Position numbers and translations under genes: made by a program
Shown here: piece by piece, positions 55,993 through 64,000 of the stretch
Position numbering within the stretch: the stretch's first letter is position 1
Layout: every line of letters starts with the position of its first letter
From: a virus
Length of the DNA stretch: 64,000 nucleotides
Strand: one strand, 5' to 3'
Virus record (IMG/VR): IMGVR_UViG_3300048999_000191
Notes under the pieces: model-generated
Told to the model about the DNA's origin: nothing
Database searches by the model: none
Seen by the model: only the letters and a program-made list of their open reading frames with translations

Positions 55993-55993
55993 G

Positions 55994-57061
55994 TCAGCCC
56001 TCCTTGATCGGGTCGGTGATGACCTCGTGTGTTCGGGTGGCCAGAACCTTCTCCCGGATGGCCTCGCGCGCCTTGACGTTCTCGCGCAGGTAGGCGACCA
56101 CCGAGTCCTCGCCGTTGTGCTTCGAGCCATCCGGCAGGTCGTACCAGGCGCTCCGGCGGCCGAAGACGCCTGGGATGTTGCGGGCGGTGTTGAAGACGTC
56201 CCGGGCTACATCCAGGCCCATCGGGCCGTACTTCTCGGTGGTCTGGTTCCAGAAGGTCGCCTTCGCGGTCCGGCGCGGCGGGGCCACCTTGTTCTTCTCG
56301 ATGAACATGGCGATCTCCTGGCCGACCTGCTCCTCCGCATCCTTGCCGCCGATCATGTAGGGCTTGGTGCCGGTGCGCTTGAACTGCACGCGGTGCGTGG
56401 TCACGTGGGAGAGCGCGAAGCCGCCGGTGCGGGTCAGGTCCCCGCCGTAGGCCAAGTTGGCGCGCACCTGGTTGATGATCGAGAGAATGGCGCCGGTTCG
56501 GCCCATGTCCGCCGAAGCGATCTTGACCATGCGGGTTACGACCTTGGCGTTGGCCGCCATCGTGACCTCGTCGGCGTCCTTGTCCTTCTCGGTCTGGGTG
56601 ATCATCGCACCCACCGAGTCGAGCGTGATGAAGCCGAACATCGGCTCGCCGCCATCGGTAGCGTTGATCAGCTCTTTGGTGAGATCGGCGACTTCCTCGG
56701 CATTGCCGGGCTGGATCAGGATGAACCGGCTCGGGTCCAGGTCCAGGCCGTGCCCCCGCGACCAGTCCAGGTCGAAGGTGCCCTCGACATCGATCCACGC
56801 GGCCATCCGGTCCGGCACCTGCTTCTGAAACTCGGCGGCGGAGATCGTCAGCATGGTGGACTTGCCGGTCTGTTCCCGGCCCCACAGCTCGACGACACGG
56901 CCCTTCACCCAGCCACCGCAGCCGAGGGCGTAGTCCAGGGAGAGCGAGCCCGTGGGGACGACCTCCGGCGGGCCCTCGCTCAGGTCACGGATCGAGGCAC
57001 CCTCGTGGCGCTTTTCCAGGTCTTCGGTGAATTTCTTCAGCGCTGCCTTGCTCGGGCTCAT
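55994..57061 (-). CDS. recA: RecA recombinase
   Basis: PTGSLSLDYALGCGG, GREQTGKST, IDVE, LDSVGAM, INQVR, GGFAL, KNKVAPP. Confidence 0.95.
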   Translation of the reverse strand: MSPSKAALKKFTEDLEKRHEGASIRDLSEGPPEVVPTGSLSLDYALGCGGWVKGRVVELWGREQTGKSTMLTISAAEFQKQVPDRMAAWIDVEGTFDLDWSRGHGLDLDPSRFILIQPGNAEEVADLTKELINATDGGEPMFGFITLDSVGAMITQTEKDKDADEVTMAANAKVVTRMVKIASADMGRTGAILSIINQVRANLAYGGDLTRTGGFALSHVTTHRVQFKRTGTKPYMIGGKDAEEQVGQEIAMFIEKNKVAPPRRTAKATFWNQTTEKYGPMGLDVARDVFNTARNIPGVFGRRSAWYDLPDGSKHNGEDSVVAYLRENVKAREAIREKVLATRTHEVITDPIKEG

Positions 57062-60000
57062 GCGGTCACTCCTTGGATCGGGATGAAGGTGTCCAGGCGG
57101 CAGCCCCGGTCTCCCTTGGTGACCAGTGCGTACGCCAGGCTCCCCTTCACGAATTGGTCGCCCTGCTGCTCCCAGAGGGAGGGGAAGGCGGCGGTGGTGA
57201 ACGACCCACGAGGGGTGGAGAGGGTGACGATCGCCATGGCGTCACCCTTCTTCGTCTGGATCTTGCGGACGCCCTGGATCACGGCGGCGACCATGTAGTT
57301 GCCGAGGCCGCCGCTCTCGATGTCGTCGGCGGTCGCGAACTGCTCCATGTCCTCGGCCGGGATGACGTCGAACGGAGTGGAGGAGAGATAGGTCCCGAGC
57401 AGCTCCTGCTCGATCGCGCGGATCTCGGCGGCCGAGTAGGGCGCCACGGTGACGTCGCCGAGCCCGGCCGCCTCGGTCCACTGGCGGCAGCCCTTCGAGC
57501 AGGTCTTCGGGGGCGCCTTCCGGCGCTCCAGCTTGCCCGTGCGCTCGCTGGTCGTCTCCGGCTCACTCAGCCAGTCGAATCCGCACGGGAGCGTCCAGGA
57601 GGCCGTCTCAGGTGCCATGGGGACACCGCGCTTCGGCGAGGGGAGCCAGACCAGCTTCCGATCGTCCTCGGCGCGGTGTGCGCAGCGCTGGGCGGCCGGG
57701 AGCGAGTCGAACGCCAGCCGCTCCTCCAGCACCCGCCGGTTGGGCTCCAGCGAGTCGAACACCCCGAGCTTGACCATGGTGGCGATGTGGCCCTTGTTCA
57801 CCTTCGAGCCCCGGCGCTCCAGGAAGTCCTCCCAGGAGGCATAGGGCTGCCCGGCGATGATCGATTCGACGGCGATCGGCCCGAGCCCCTTGATCGCGTC
57901 CATCCCGTAGCGGATGTCCAGCCCGGTGTCGCCGATGGAGAAGCCACGCCCGGAGAGGTTGATGTCCGGCGAGAGGACCTTGTACCCCATCCGCCGCGTC
58001 TCTTCCACATAGGACACACGCACGTCGTCGTCCTTGGCGGTGGAGAGCGCGCCACACATGAAGTAGAGCGGGTAGTGGAATTTGAACCAGGCCGTCCAAA
58101 CACCCAGAATGGCGTAGGCGAGCGCGTGGGCGAAGCCGAAGCTGTACCGCGCGAACTCCTCCATCTGCGCCCACAGCTCGCGCGTGACGGCCTCGTCGGT
58201 GCCATTGGCCATGGCCCGCTCGATGAAGCGCGCGCCCTCCTTCTTCGCCTCCTCGACCTTTTTCTTGCCGAGGATCTTCCGGACCTTGTCGGCCTCGACG
58301 TCGTCGTACTGCGCGAGCACCATGCACAGCTTCATGAGCTGCTCCTGGTAGATCATGGAGTTGCCCGTGAGGATGTTGTCCTCCAGCACGAAGGCGTGCG
58401 TCTCCGGCACGACCGCGCAGAACACCTCTTCGACCCGGTCGGTCTCCTCGACCGACACGACGGCCCATTGGACTCGGTCCGCCTTCTGCCGTATTGCCCG
58501 CGCGGCGCTGAACCGGCGGCGGTGCTCCTCGATCAGGAAGAAGTCCTCGGCGAGCGTGGAGGCGACCAGGCCCAGGTCGTAAACGACGGCTTCGCGAGGC
58601 TCCGTTGATCCCGGCAGCGGCGATCGCGTTACTTTCTGGGTGATGCCATAGGTGCCGATGCCCACTAGTTGCGCTACCGTCCGGAAGCGCTCCAGATCCT
58701 CCCTGCGGGCGCTGGTGATCAAGGGCACCCCCTTGGCGGTCACCTGTCCGTCGGCTGCGAAGTACCCGGCCAGCCAGCCGTAGAGGTAGCTGGTTCCCTC
58801 ATCCAGGCGGGGTGCTTCGCGCCAGGACCTCGGCAGGTCGATGACCTCGATGTAAGGCACCGCGTTCGGACCCCCGTGCGGGGCGTAAGACCTCGTGCGC
58901 GAGTTCGGGAAGTACTTCAGCAGCTGTGCGTCCTTCTCGCCGTACAAACGCACACTGGCCTGGTTCTCGGTGCGCGTCCCATCACCGAAGACGATCCCGG
59001 CGGTGATCCCGAAGGGAGACGGGGTACTTCGGCTGGCCACGCGGCGCGGCAGCTGCGCAGCAAGCACCATGCCGGACCGCAGCTCGGTGGTCAGCAACTC
59101 CTTGACCTTGCTCTTGCTGTCGCTCCAACGTCCGAACCAGCGGTGGTTCGACGTCGCATAGATGACCTTCTCCTGCTTGTTGCGCCGCAGGCTCACCTTC
59201 ATGAGCGGCTGCACACCGAAGCTGCGCACTTCTGCATTGGTCCAGACCCCGCCCGTGGTCATGAGGTCGTGCTTCGACCCGACGAGATCACCGATCTCGC
59301 GCACGCCCTGCTTGGTTGTCACCCGAGTCTCGGCGGCAAAGCAGCCCCAGGTCTTGCCGAGGACCTCGCGCATCCGCTCGTCGGGGTAGTAGACCTCCTC
59401 CTCGCCCTTGCGCCGGGCCAGGTAGCGGTCGGTCAGCCCCGAGCGCGCCGGGCCGGGCCGGACCAGGGTCACCATGTCGGCCAGCTCGTGCAGGCCGCCG
59501 GGCTTCATCCGCCGGGACATCGCGGTGCCGATCGCCGAGCCGATCTGGAACAGGCCGAGACAATGGCCCTTCCCGATCTGGTCGTACAGCAGCGGGTCTT
59601 CCAGCTCCTCGGTCCAGGCGTAGGGGTTGATGCGCTTGCCGGTGTGCTCGAAGATCAGGTCCATCGCGGTCTGGATCATGTCCAGGTTGGCGATGTTGAG
59701 CAGGTCGAACTTCACGTACCCGAGTAGCTCCAGCACCTTCAGGTCGAATTGGGCGATCATCGTGCCGTCCTCGCCCATCCGCAGCGGCAGGTTCTCCGTC
59801 AGCGGATGATCCGGGTCGATGATCACGCCCGCCGGGTGCTTGCCGTAGGCCTTCAGCCGCCCGTGGAAGCGCTTGGCGTAGAGGAAGACGTCGGGGTATC
59901 GGTCGGCGTAGGGCTGGAGCAGGTCCCCGGCGCGGTCCCACAGTTCGTCCCAGGACAGCCCCAGACCGGCCGTGTCACCCTCGGCCGCCTCGATGATCTT

Positions 60001-61464
60001 CGAGCACTCCATCATGTCGGTCCAGTGGCCCTCGGGCAGGGTGTCCTTCAGCGCGCGAGCCACCGACTGGATGACGCTCTTGGACTTCAGCCGCATGTGC
60101 GTGCCGACGGTGGCCACGTTGGACTCGCCCCAGCGCTTCGCGACGTAGCCGTACATCTCGGCCTTCTTCGAGCTGGGGAAGTCGATGTCGAAGTCCGGCA
60201 GCTCCGTGCGACCCTTGGTCATGAAGCGCTCGAAGAGGACGTCGTGCTCGACCGGGTCGATCTCCGTGATGCCGAGCAGGTAGGCCACCAGCGAACCGCC
60301 GCCGGATCCGCGCCCGGGGCCGACCAGGATGCCGGTCCCCTTCGCGTAGCCGACGAGGTCGGCCACCATGAGGAAGTAGCCCGCGAAGCCCTTCGCCGCG
60401 ATCATCGTGAATTCGTTCTCGAACCGTCGCATGTAGGCGGTCGAGCCGTGCTTCTTCCCACTGGTGCGCTCGTCCCAGCGGTCCATGCATTGGGTCAGCA
60501 GCCGCTCGATGTCGTGCTTCGCGGGGTCGGGGTGGTCCTGGGTCTTGCGCGAGTAGACCGGGGTGTGGCTCGACAGCTCGATCTTTGCCGAGCACCTGTC
60601 GGCGATCGTCTGGGTGTTGGTGAAGGCGCGCTCCAAGATCTCGACCAGATAATCTGGACACCCACCGTGCTCTTCGGCGTAGTCCCGGTTCGCACCGAGA
60701 TAGCCGCGCACCTCGATGCCGGGCATGACGTGGTAGTCCTCGTCGCCCTCGAACATCGAGGAGTCGGCCAACTCATCGAGCGTCTTGCCGATGGCCGACG
60801 CCAGCCAGACCTTGTGTGCAGCCTTCTCTTGCGGTGTCGAGTAGTGCGAGTCGCAGGTGATGACCGGTTCGATCTTGTACCGCCAGGCCTCCTCCAGCAG
60901 CCAGGCGTTGCCCCGGAGCTGGTCCTCCTGCATGCCGGTCTGGATCTCCGCATAGAGCCGGTCGCCGAAGATTTCCTTGAGTCGCAGGAGGTTCGAGACG
61001 GCCAACTCCTCGTCGCCCTTGATGAAGGGGTTCAGCACCGGGCCGCCGAGGCACGCCGTCGAACACATGACGCCCTTGTTCAGGCGCTGCAAGGTGTCCC
61101 AATCGAGGCGCGCGTACTTGCCCCACAGACCGTCCCGATAGGATTCGGTGCTCATGGCCCAGAGGTTCTTCAAGCCCTCGTCGTCCATGGCCCACAGGAT
61201 CAGGTGCCAGTAGTCGGTGACCTTGCCCTCGCGGGAGAACCGGTCATCGACGAAGTAGGCCTCCAGGCCGAAGATCGGCTTGACACCCTCGGCCTCGCAG
61301 ATGATCTGAGCGTCCGGGTGCGCGGCGCAGTTGCCGTGGTCGGTGAACGCGACGGCGGTCTGCCCGTCGGCCTTGACCGCCGCGACGATCTCCTTCGTGG
61401 TTGAGAGACCGTCGAGTGGAGAATACTCAGTGTGAGTATGTAGGTGCACAAAGTTGCCAGACAT
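57058..61464 (-). CDS. dnaE: DNA polymerase III alpha subunit containing an intein
   Basis: HLHTHTEYSPLDG PHP domain, GPGRGSGGGSLVAY, PDFDIDF, HPAGV, KFDLL, YQEQ, OB-fold C-terminus. Confidence 0.96.
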   Translation of the reverse strand: MSGNFVHLHTHTEYSPLDGLSTTKEIVAAVKADGQTAVAFTDHGNCAAHPDAQIICEAEGVKPIFGLEAYFVDDRFSREGKVTDYWHLILWAMDDEGLKNLWAMSTESYRDGLWGKYARLDWDTLQRLNKGVMCSTACLGGPVLNPFIKGDEELAVSNLLRLKEIFGDRLYAEIQTGMQEDQLRGNAWLLEEAWRYKIEPVITCDSHYSTPQEKAAHKVWLASAIGKTLDELADSSMFEGDEDYHVMPGIEVRGYLGANRDYAEEHGGCPDYLVEILERAFTNTQTIADRCSAKIELSSHTPVYSRKTQDHPDPAKHDIERLLTQCMDRWDERTSGKKHGSTAYMRRFENEFTMIAAKGFAGYFLMVADLVGYAKGTGILVGPGRGSGGGSLVAYLLGITEIDPVEHDVLFERFMTKGRTELPDFDIDFPSSKKAEMYGYVAKRWGESNVATVGTHMRLKSKSVIQSVARALKDTLPEGHWTDMMECSKIIEAAEGDTAGLGLSWDELWDRAGDLLQPYADRYPDVFLYAKRFHGRLKAYGKHPAGVIIDPDHPLTENLPLRMGEDGTMIAQFDLKVLELLGYVKFDLLNIANLDMIQTAMDLIFEHTGKRINPYAWTEELEDPLLYDQIGKGHCLGLFQIGSAIGTAMSRRMKPGGLHELADMVTLVRPGPARSGLTDRYLARRKGEEEVYYPDERMREVLGKTWGCFAAETRVTTKQGVREIGDLVGSKHDLMTTGGVWTNAEVRSFGVQPLMKVSLRRNKQEKVIYATSNHRWFGRWSDSKSKVKELLTTELRSGMVLAAQLPRRVASRSTPSPFGITAGIVFGDGTRTENQASVRLYGEKDAQLLKYFPNSRTRSYAPHGGPNAVPYIEVIDLPRSWREAPRLDEGTSYLYGWLAGYFAADGQVTAKGVPLITSARREDLERFRTVAQLVGIGTYGITQKVTRSPLPGSTEPREAVVYDLGLVASTLAEDFFLIEEHRRRFSAARAIRQKADRVQWAVVSVEETDRVEEVFCAVVPETHAFVLEDNILTGNSMIYQEQLMKLCMVLAQYDDVEADKVRKILGKKKVEEAKKEGARFIERAMANGTDEAVTRELWAQMEEFARYSFGFAHALAYAILGVWTAWFKFHYPLYFMCGALSTAKDDDVRVSYVEETRRMGYKVLSPDINLSGRGFSIGDTGLDIRYGMDAIKGLGPIAVESIIAGQPYASWEDFLERRGSKVNKGHIATMVKLGVFDSLEPNRRVLEERLAFDSLPAAQRCAHRAEDDRKLVWLPSPKRGVPMAPETASWTLPCGFDWLSEPETTSERTGKLERRKAPPKTCSKGCRQWTEAAGLGDVTVAPYSAAEIRAIEQELLGTYLSSTPFDVIPAEDMEQFATADDIESGGLGNYMVAAVIQGVRKIQTKKGDAMAIVTLSTPRGSFTTAAFPSLWEQQGDQFVKGSLAYALVTKGDRGCRLDTFIPIQGVTA
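58360..59343 (-). mobile_element. intein (328 aa) with LAGLIDADG endonuclease
   Basis: KTWG|CFAAET; TSNHRW block B; AGIVFGDG and LAGYFAADG; ends LTGN followed by SMIYQEQ. Confidence 0.9.
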
Positions 61465-61495
61465 GCGGTCCCTGTGATTCCTCTGGTACGGGAGG

Positions 61496-61551
61496 GATAC
61501 GCACTCGACGGGGTCAAGCCCTGGGTATGACCCCGTCGAGGCGTGCGTATC
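61496..61551. terminator. long hairpin between the SSB-like gene and dnaE
   Basis: GATACGCAC-TCGACGGGGTCA...TGACCCCGTCGA-G-GCGTGCGTATC. Confidence 0.55.
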
Positions 61552-61571
61552 TTAGCTGATCGATCGAGCGA

Positions 61572-62672
61572 TCAGGCGTCGGCGTTCTCTTCCGCGCCCG
61601 AGTAGTTGCCCATCATGCCCGCCTGCTGGAACAGCCGGTCACGCATCGCGGCGACGTCTTCGGCGTCCACGTCCTCTTCGGCGGGTGCCGCAGCCGGGGC
61701 CTGCGTGCCCACGCCGCTCTCGCGGTCGGCCTTGGCGTCGTCACGCTTCTCGTCGTTCTTCTTGCTCGCCGGGTGCTCGTGACCCGGCCGGGTGTCGAAG
61801 AAGGTGTCGAAACGCTGGTCGGAGGCCTGCTCGGAGATGATCTCCTCCAGGTTCACGAACCCGTCGTACTTGGCCTTGATCTCCGGGTCCTCCAGGGACC
61901 AGCGGACGACCTCGAACTCGCCGGTCTCGGCGCCGGTCTCGTCCAGGATCGGCTTCTTGTAGTCCATCGGGTCCATGGCCACGATGTCATACTCGGTCTC
62001 CAGGCCCTCACCGCGACGGGTGATCTTGAAGTCCCGGTCGAGCACCGTGTCCCAGGTGTCCCAGACAGCCTGGATGGCGCCGAAGAAGTTCGACGAGGAC
62101 TGGTTGATGACGATGATCTCCGGCACCTTCCTGGTCCCGGTGACCTTGCCCTCGGAGTCGGTCTGCTCCTCGTCGATGATCTTGTCCCGGAAGCCGATGA
62201 TCTTGCCGATCTTGCTGGCCGGGCAGAGACCCTTGTCGACGGCGGCCTGGGTCCCCCGGACCTCTTCGCGCACCAGCGCTCGCGCCCAGAGCTTCACGGA
62301 CGGGAAGTACTTGCCGCGCTTGTTCTTCTGGTTCTCCATGTGGTCGCAGATGAAGCACTCCCCGTCGTACTCGGGAAAGACCAGCTCCCCGTTCTCGGGG
62401 TTCTTCTGCTTGCGGCACACCGCGCCCATGGCGGTCGGCCACTTCTTCTTGTCCGCGTCCTTGACGTCCTTCTGCCAGTCCGGCGGCGCGCCCTTGGTGG
62501 GAACGAAGGAGTGCTGGTAGACGTACGGCCACTCGTCCGAGTCGTCGATCAGCCGGATGGTGATCGACTCCTTGTCCTTGAGGGACAGGTACTTGACCTT
62601 CTTGAAGCTGCCGAACTGCTTCTTACCGGCCTCTTCGCGGGCGGCTTCGCCACCCCTACCGAAATTGGGCAT
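61572..62672 (-). CDS. gp32-like single-stranded DNA-binding protein
   Basis: YLSLKD.E...IR, C...CFIC, DFKITRRGEGLETEY, acidic tail; next to dnaE. Confidence 0.7.
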   Translation of the reverse strand: MPNFGRGGEAAREEAGKKQFGSFKKVKYLSLKDKESITIRLIDDSDEWPYVYQHSFVPTKGAPPDWQKDVKDADKKKWPTAMGAVCRKQKNPENGELVFPEYDGECFICDHMENQKNKRGKYFPSVKLWARALVREEVRGTQAAVDKGLCPASKIGKIIGFRDKIIDEEQTDSEGKVTGTRKVPEIIVINQSSSNFFGAIQAVWDTWDTVLDRDFKITRRGEGLETEYDIVAMDPMDYKKPILDETGAETGEFEVVRWSLEDPEIKAKYDGFVNLEEIISEQASDQRFDTFFDTRPGHEHPASKKNDEKRDDAKADRESGVGTQAPAAAPAEEDVDAEDVAAMRDRLFQQAGMMGNYSGAEENADA

Positions 62673-62730
62673 TCGTTTTCCTGTTCTCGTCTTTTTCGTT
62701 TCTTGGGTCTGGCGGTCGTGGGTCTTCGTG

Positions 62731-63549
62731 TTATTCAGTTAGGTCTGCGATCAGCGCGTCCGCCGCAGCTGTGGCCATCTCCCTGTCCGGCTCCATGTCC
62801 TCGCGCAGGTAGACGGTGCGGACACCATACGTGCGAGCTACGACAAAACGGGAGTCCGTGCGTCCGCGCCCGATGTAGCCGACGCAGATCTTGGTCGTCA
62901 CCTCCAGTGCGGCGAGCTGGCTGACCAGCAGTTCTTGCCAGTGACCGAGCCGAGTGACCTCGGTGCACCCGGTCCCCCAGCGGTAGTAGCCCCACCGCCA
63001 GAAGGTCTCGATCAGCAGATCTTCATCCTTGCACGGATCCTGCCCATCTGGGTACTGCTCGTTTGGGTAGTGTTCGCTGTCCGTGTTCGGCAGGTTGAAG
63101 CCCATCTGCTTCAGGATCTCACGCTGAGTGGCCCGCGTGTCATTGCTCGGCTTGACGGCGGCCGCCATTCTTTTGACCATGTCCATCAGCGCATCGATCT
63201 GGATCTGGTCCATGTGCTGATGGCCGAATTGCGCCATGTCGTATTTCCGGCGCTCCGCCTCGTTCAGCAGCAGCTTGAACACCCGGGTCAGGTAGACGCT
63301 CTTCTCGCCGTCGACTCGGTGGTAGGCCAGCCGGAGCGCCTTCTTCGTGATGCCGGTGAAGGGCCATTCGAAGCCCAGCGCCCGGTAGTAGCCGTTCACG
63401 TCCCAGATGACCTCGGGCGTGACGGCGAGGACCATGCAGCTGGACGCCTCCAGCGGCCCCGTGCCGCCGCGCTCGGGCAGGTCGCGACGGCGATCCGGCT
63501 CCTGATCGGGGACCAGGAAGCCGGAGACGTCCAGCTGCCGGAAGCTCAC
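62731..63549 (-). CDS. J-domain-like protein
   Basis: YYRALG...KALRLAY...LL.EAERRKYD; HPD motif absent. Confidence 0.55.
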   Translation of the reverse strand: MSFRQLDVSGFLVPDQEPDRRRDLPERGGTGPLEASSCMVLAVTPEVIWDVNGYYRALGFEWPFTGITKKALRLAYHRVDGEKSVYLTRVFKLLLNEAERRKYDMAQFGHQHMDQIQIDALMDMVKRMAAAVKPSNDTRATQREILKQMGFNLPNTDSEHYPNEQYPDGQDPCKDEDLLIETFWRWGYYRWGTGCTEVTRLGHWQELLVSQLAALEVTTKICVGYIGRGRTDSRFVVARTYGVRTVYLREDMEPDREMATAAADALIADLTE

Positions 63550-63721
63550 TCACCCTCCGGGCTGGCTTCGTCGGCCTCAGCGGCTCCCTCCGTCGCCGGA
63601 ACGGCCTCGGCGGGCTCCTCGGCGGCCAGGTGCCTCATCGCGGTCCTGGAGAGGCCCTGGGGGTCGTTCCGGTCCACTTCGACGGTTCCGCGCTCAACGC
63701 CGAACTTGCGCAGCGGCATGA

Positions 63722-64000
63722 TCATCCTTTCCACTTCATCAGGCTCTCGTATCCCGGCCACTTCCAGAGCGACCAGGGCATCGCGTTGGCAACCCGCTCA
63801 GCCACCACATCGTCGGGAAGATCAGCAGGGTCAGTGTCACGGTACTTCCAGTCCACCACCCGTAGGGGTACGTACCGGCGAAGCTCCGCGATCGCGCGCT
63901 GGGTGCCCTTCCATCCGGCGGCGTCCGGGTCGAACCACAGGGTGATGGACTTCGCCTTGTGCAGGATCCGCAGCTGGGGGTCGGTGAGCTGCTTGCCGAA
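63722..64000 (-). CDS. dnaG: DNA primase, C-terminal TOPRIM part (truncated by window edge)
   Basis: Manual translation: FGKQLTDPQLRIL...ITLWFDPDAAG...DPADL; stop at 63722-63724. Confidence 0.8.
   Translation of the reverse strand, partial: FGKQLTDPQLRILHKAKSITLWFDPDAAGWKGTQRAIAELRRYVPLRVVDWKYRDTDPADLPDDVVAERVANAMPWSLWKWPGYESLMKWKG

Larger units (their letters stand above)
1..64000. mobile_element. Segment of a large actinobacterial phage or phage-plasmid
   Basis: Large terminase, phage-type replication block, dense small co-oriented ORFs with overlapping stop/start codons, Lsr2 and WhiB (Actinobacteria-specific), no housekeeping operons. Confidence 0.88.

Noticed and set aside
21825-61404. 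Long plus-strand ORFs (e.g. 21825-23438, 32867-34564, 57073-58608, 59749-61404)
   Set aside because: They are antisense shadows of well-supported minus-strand genes, expected in high-GC DNA, and show no motifs or RBS.
1-64000. tRNA or rRNA genes
   Set aside because: No cloverleaf or T-loop-bearing intergenic segment or rRNA-like stretch was found by eye; tRNAscan-SE or ARAGORN would be needed to exclude them.

Overview
High-GC actinobacterial phage-like DNA, coded almost entirely on the minus strand. The right third (45-64 kb) is a packaging/replication block: large terminase, RuvC-like and PD-(D/E)XK nucleases, RecA, intein-containing DnaE, SSB-like protein, J-domain-like protein and a partial primase. 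The gene set is reminiscent of Bxz1-type large actinophages. The left two-thirds are about 90 small, mostly unknown genes, including ArdC, two ParB-like proteins, Lsr2, WhiB, a metallophosphoesterase and a GNAT/ART/nucleotidyltransferase fusion. Many are organised into short cassettes. I count 24 copies of a composite element heading these cassettes: a sigma70/HrdB-type promoter (TTGAC-N17/18-TAGTGT) with an embedded 16-bp palindrome CTACCC-N4-GGGTAG whose extended arms co-vary, usually followed by a conserved leader CCGCACCGGAGG. At 27.7-32.8 kb sits a Streptomyces-plasmid-type transfer module (DUF2637/Spd-like plus TraB/FtsK translocase), followed by a structured non-coding region and candidate clt-like repeats. 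This suggests a terminase-encoding phage that may also move by TraB conjugation. No tRNA, rRNA or CRISPR array was seen. All family assignments come from motif recognition by eye, not from database searches.
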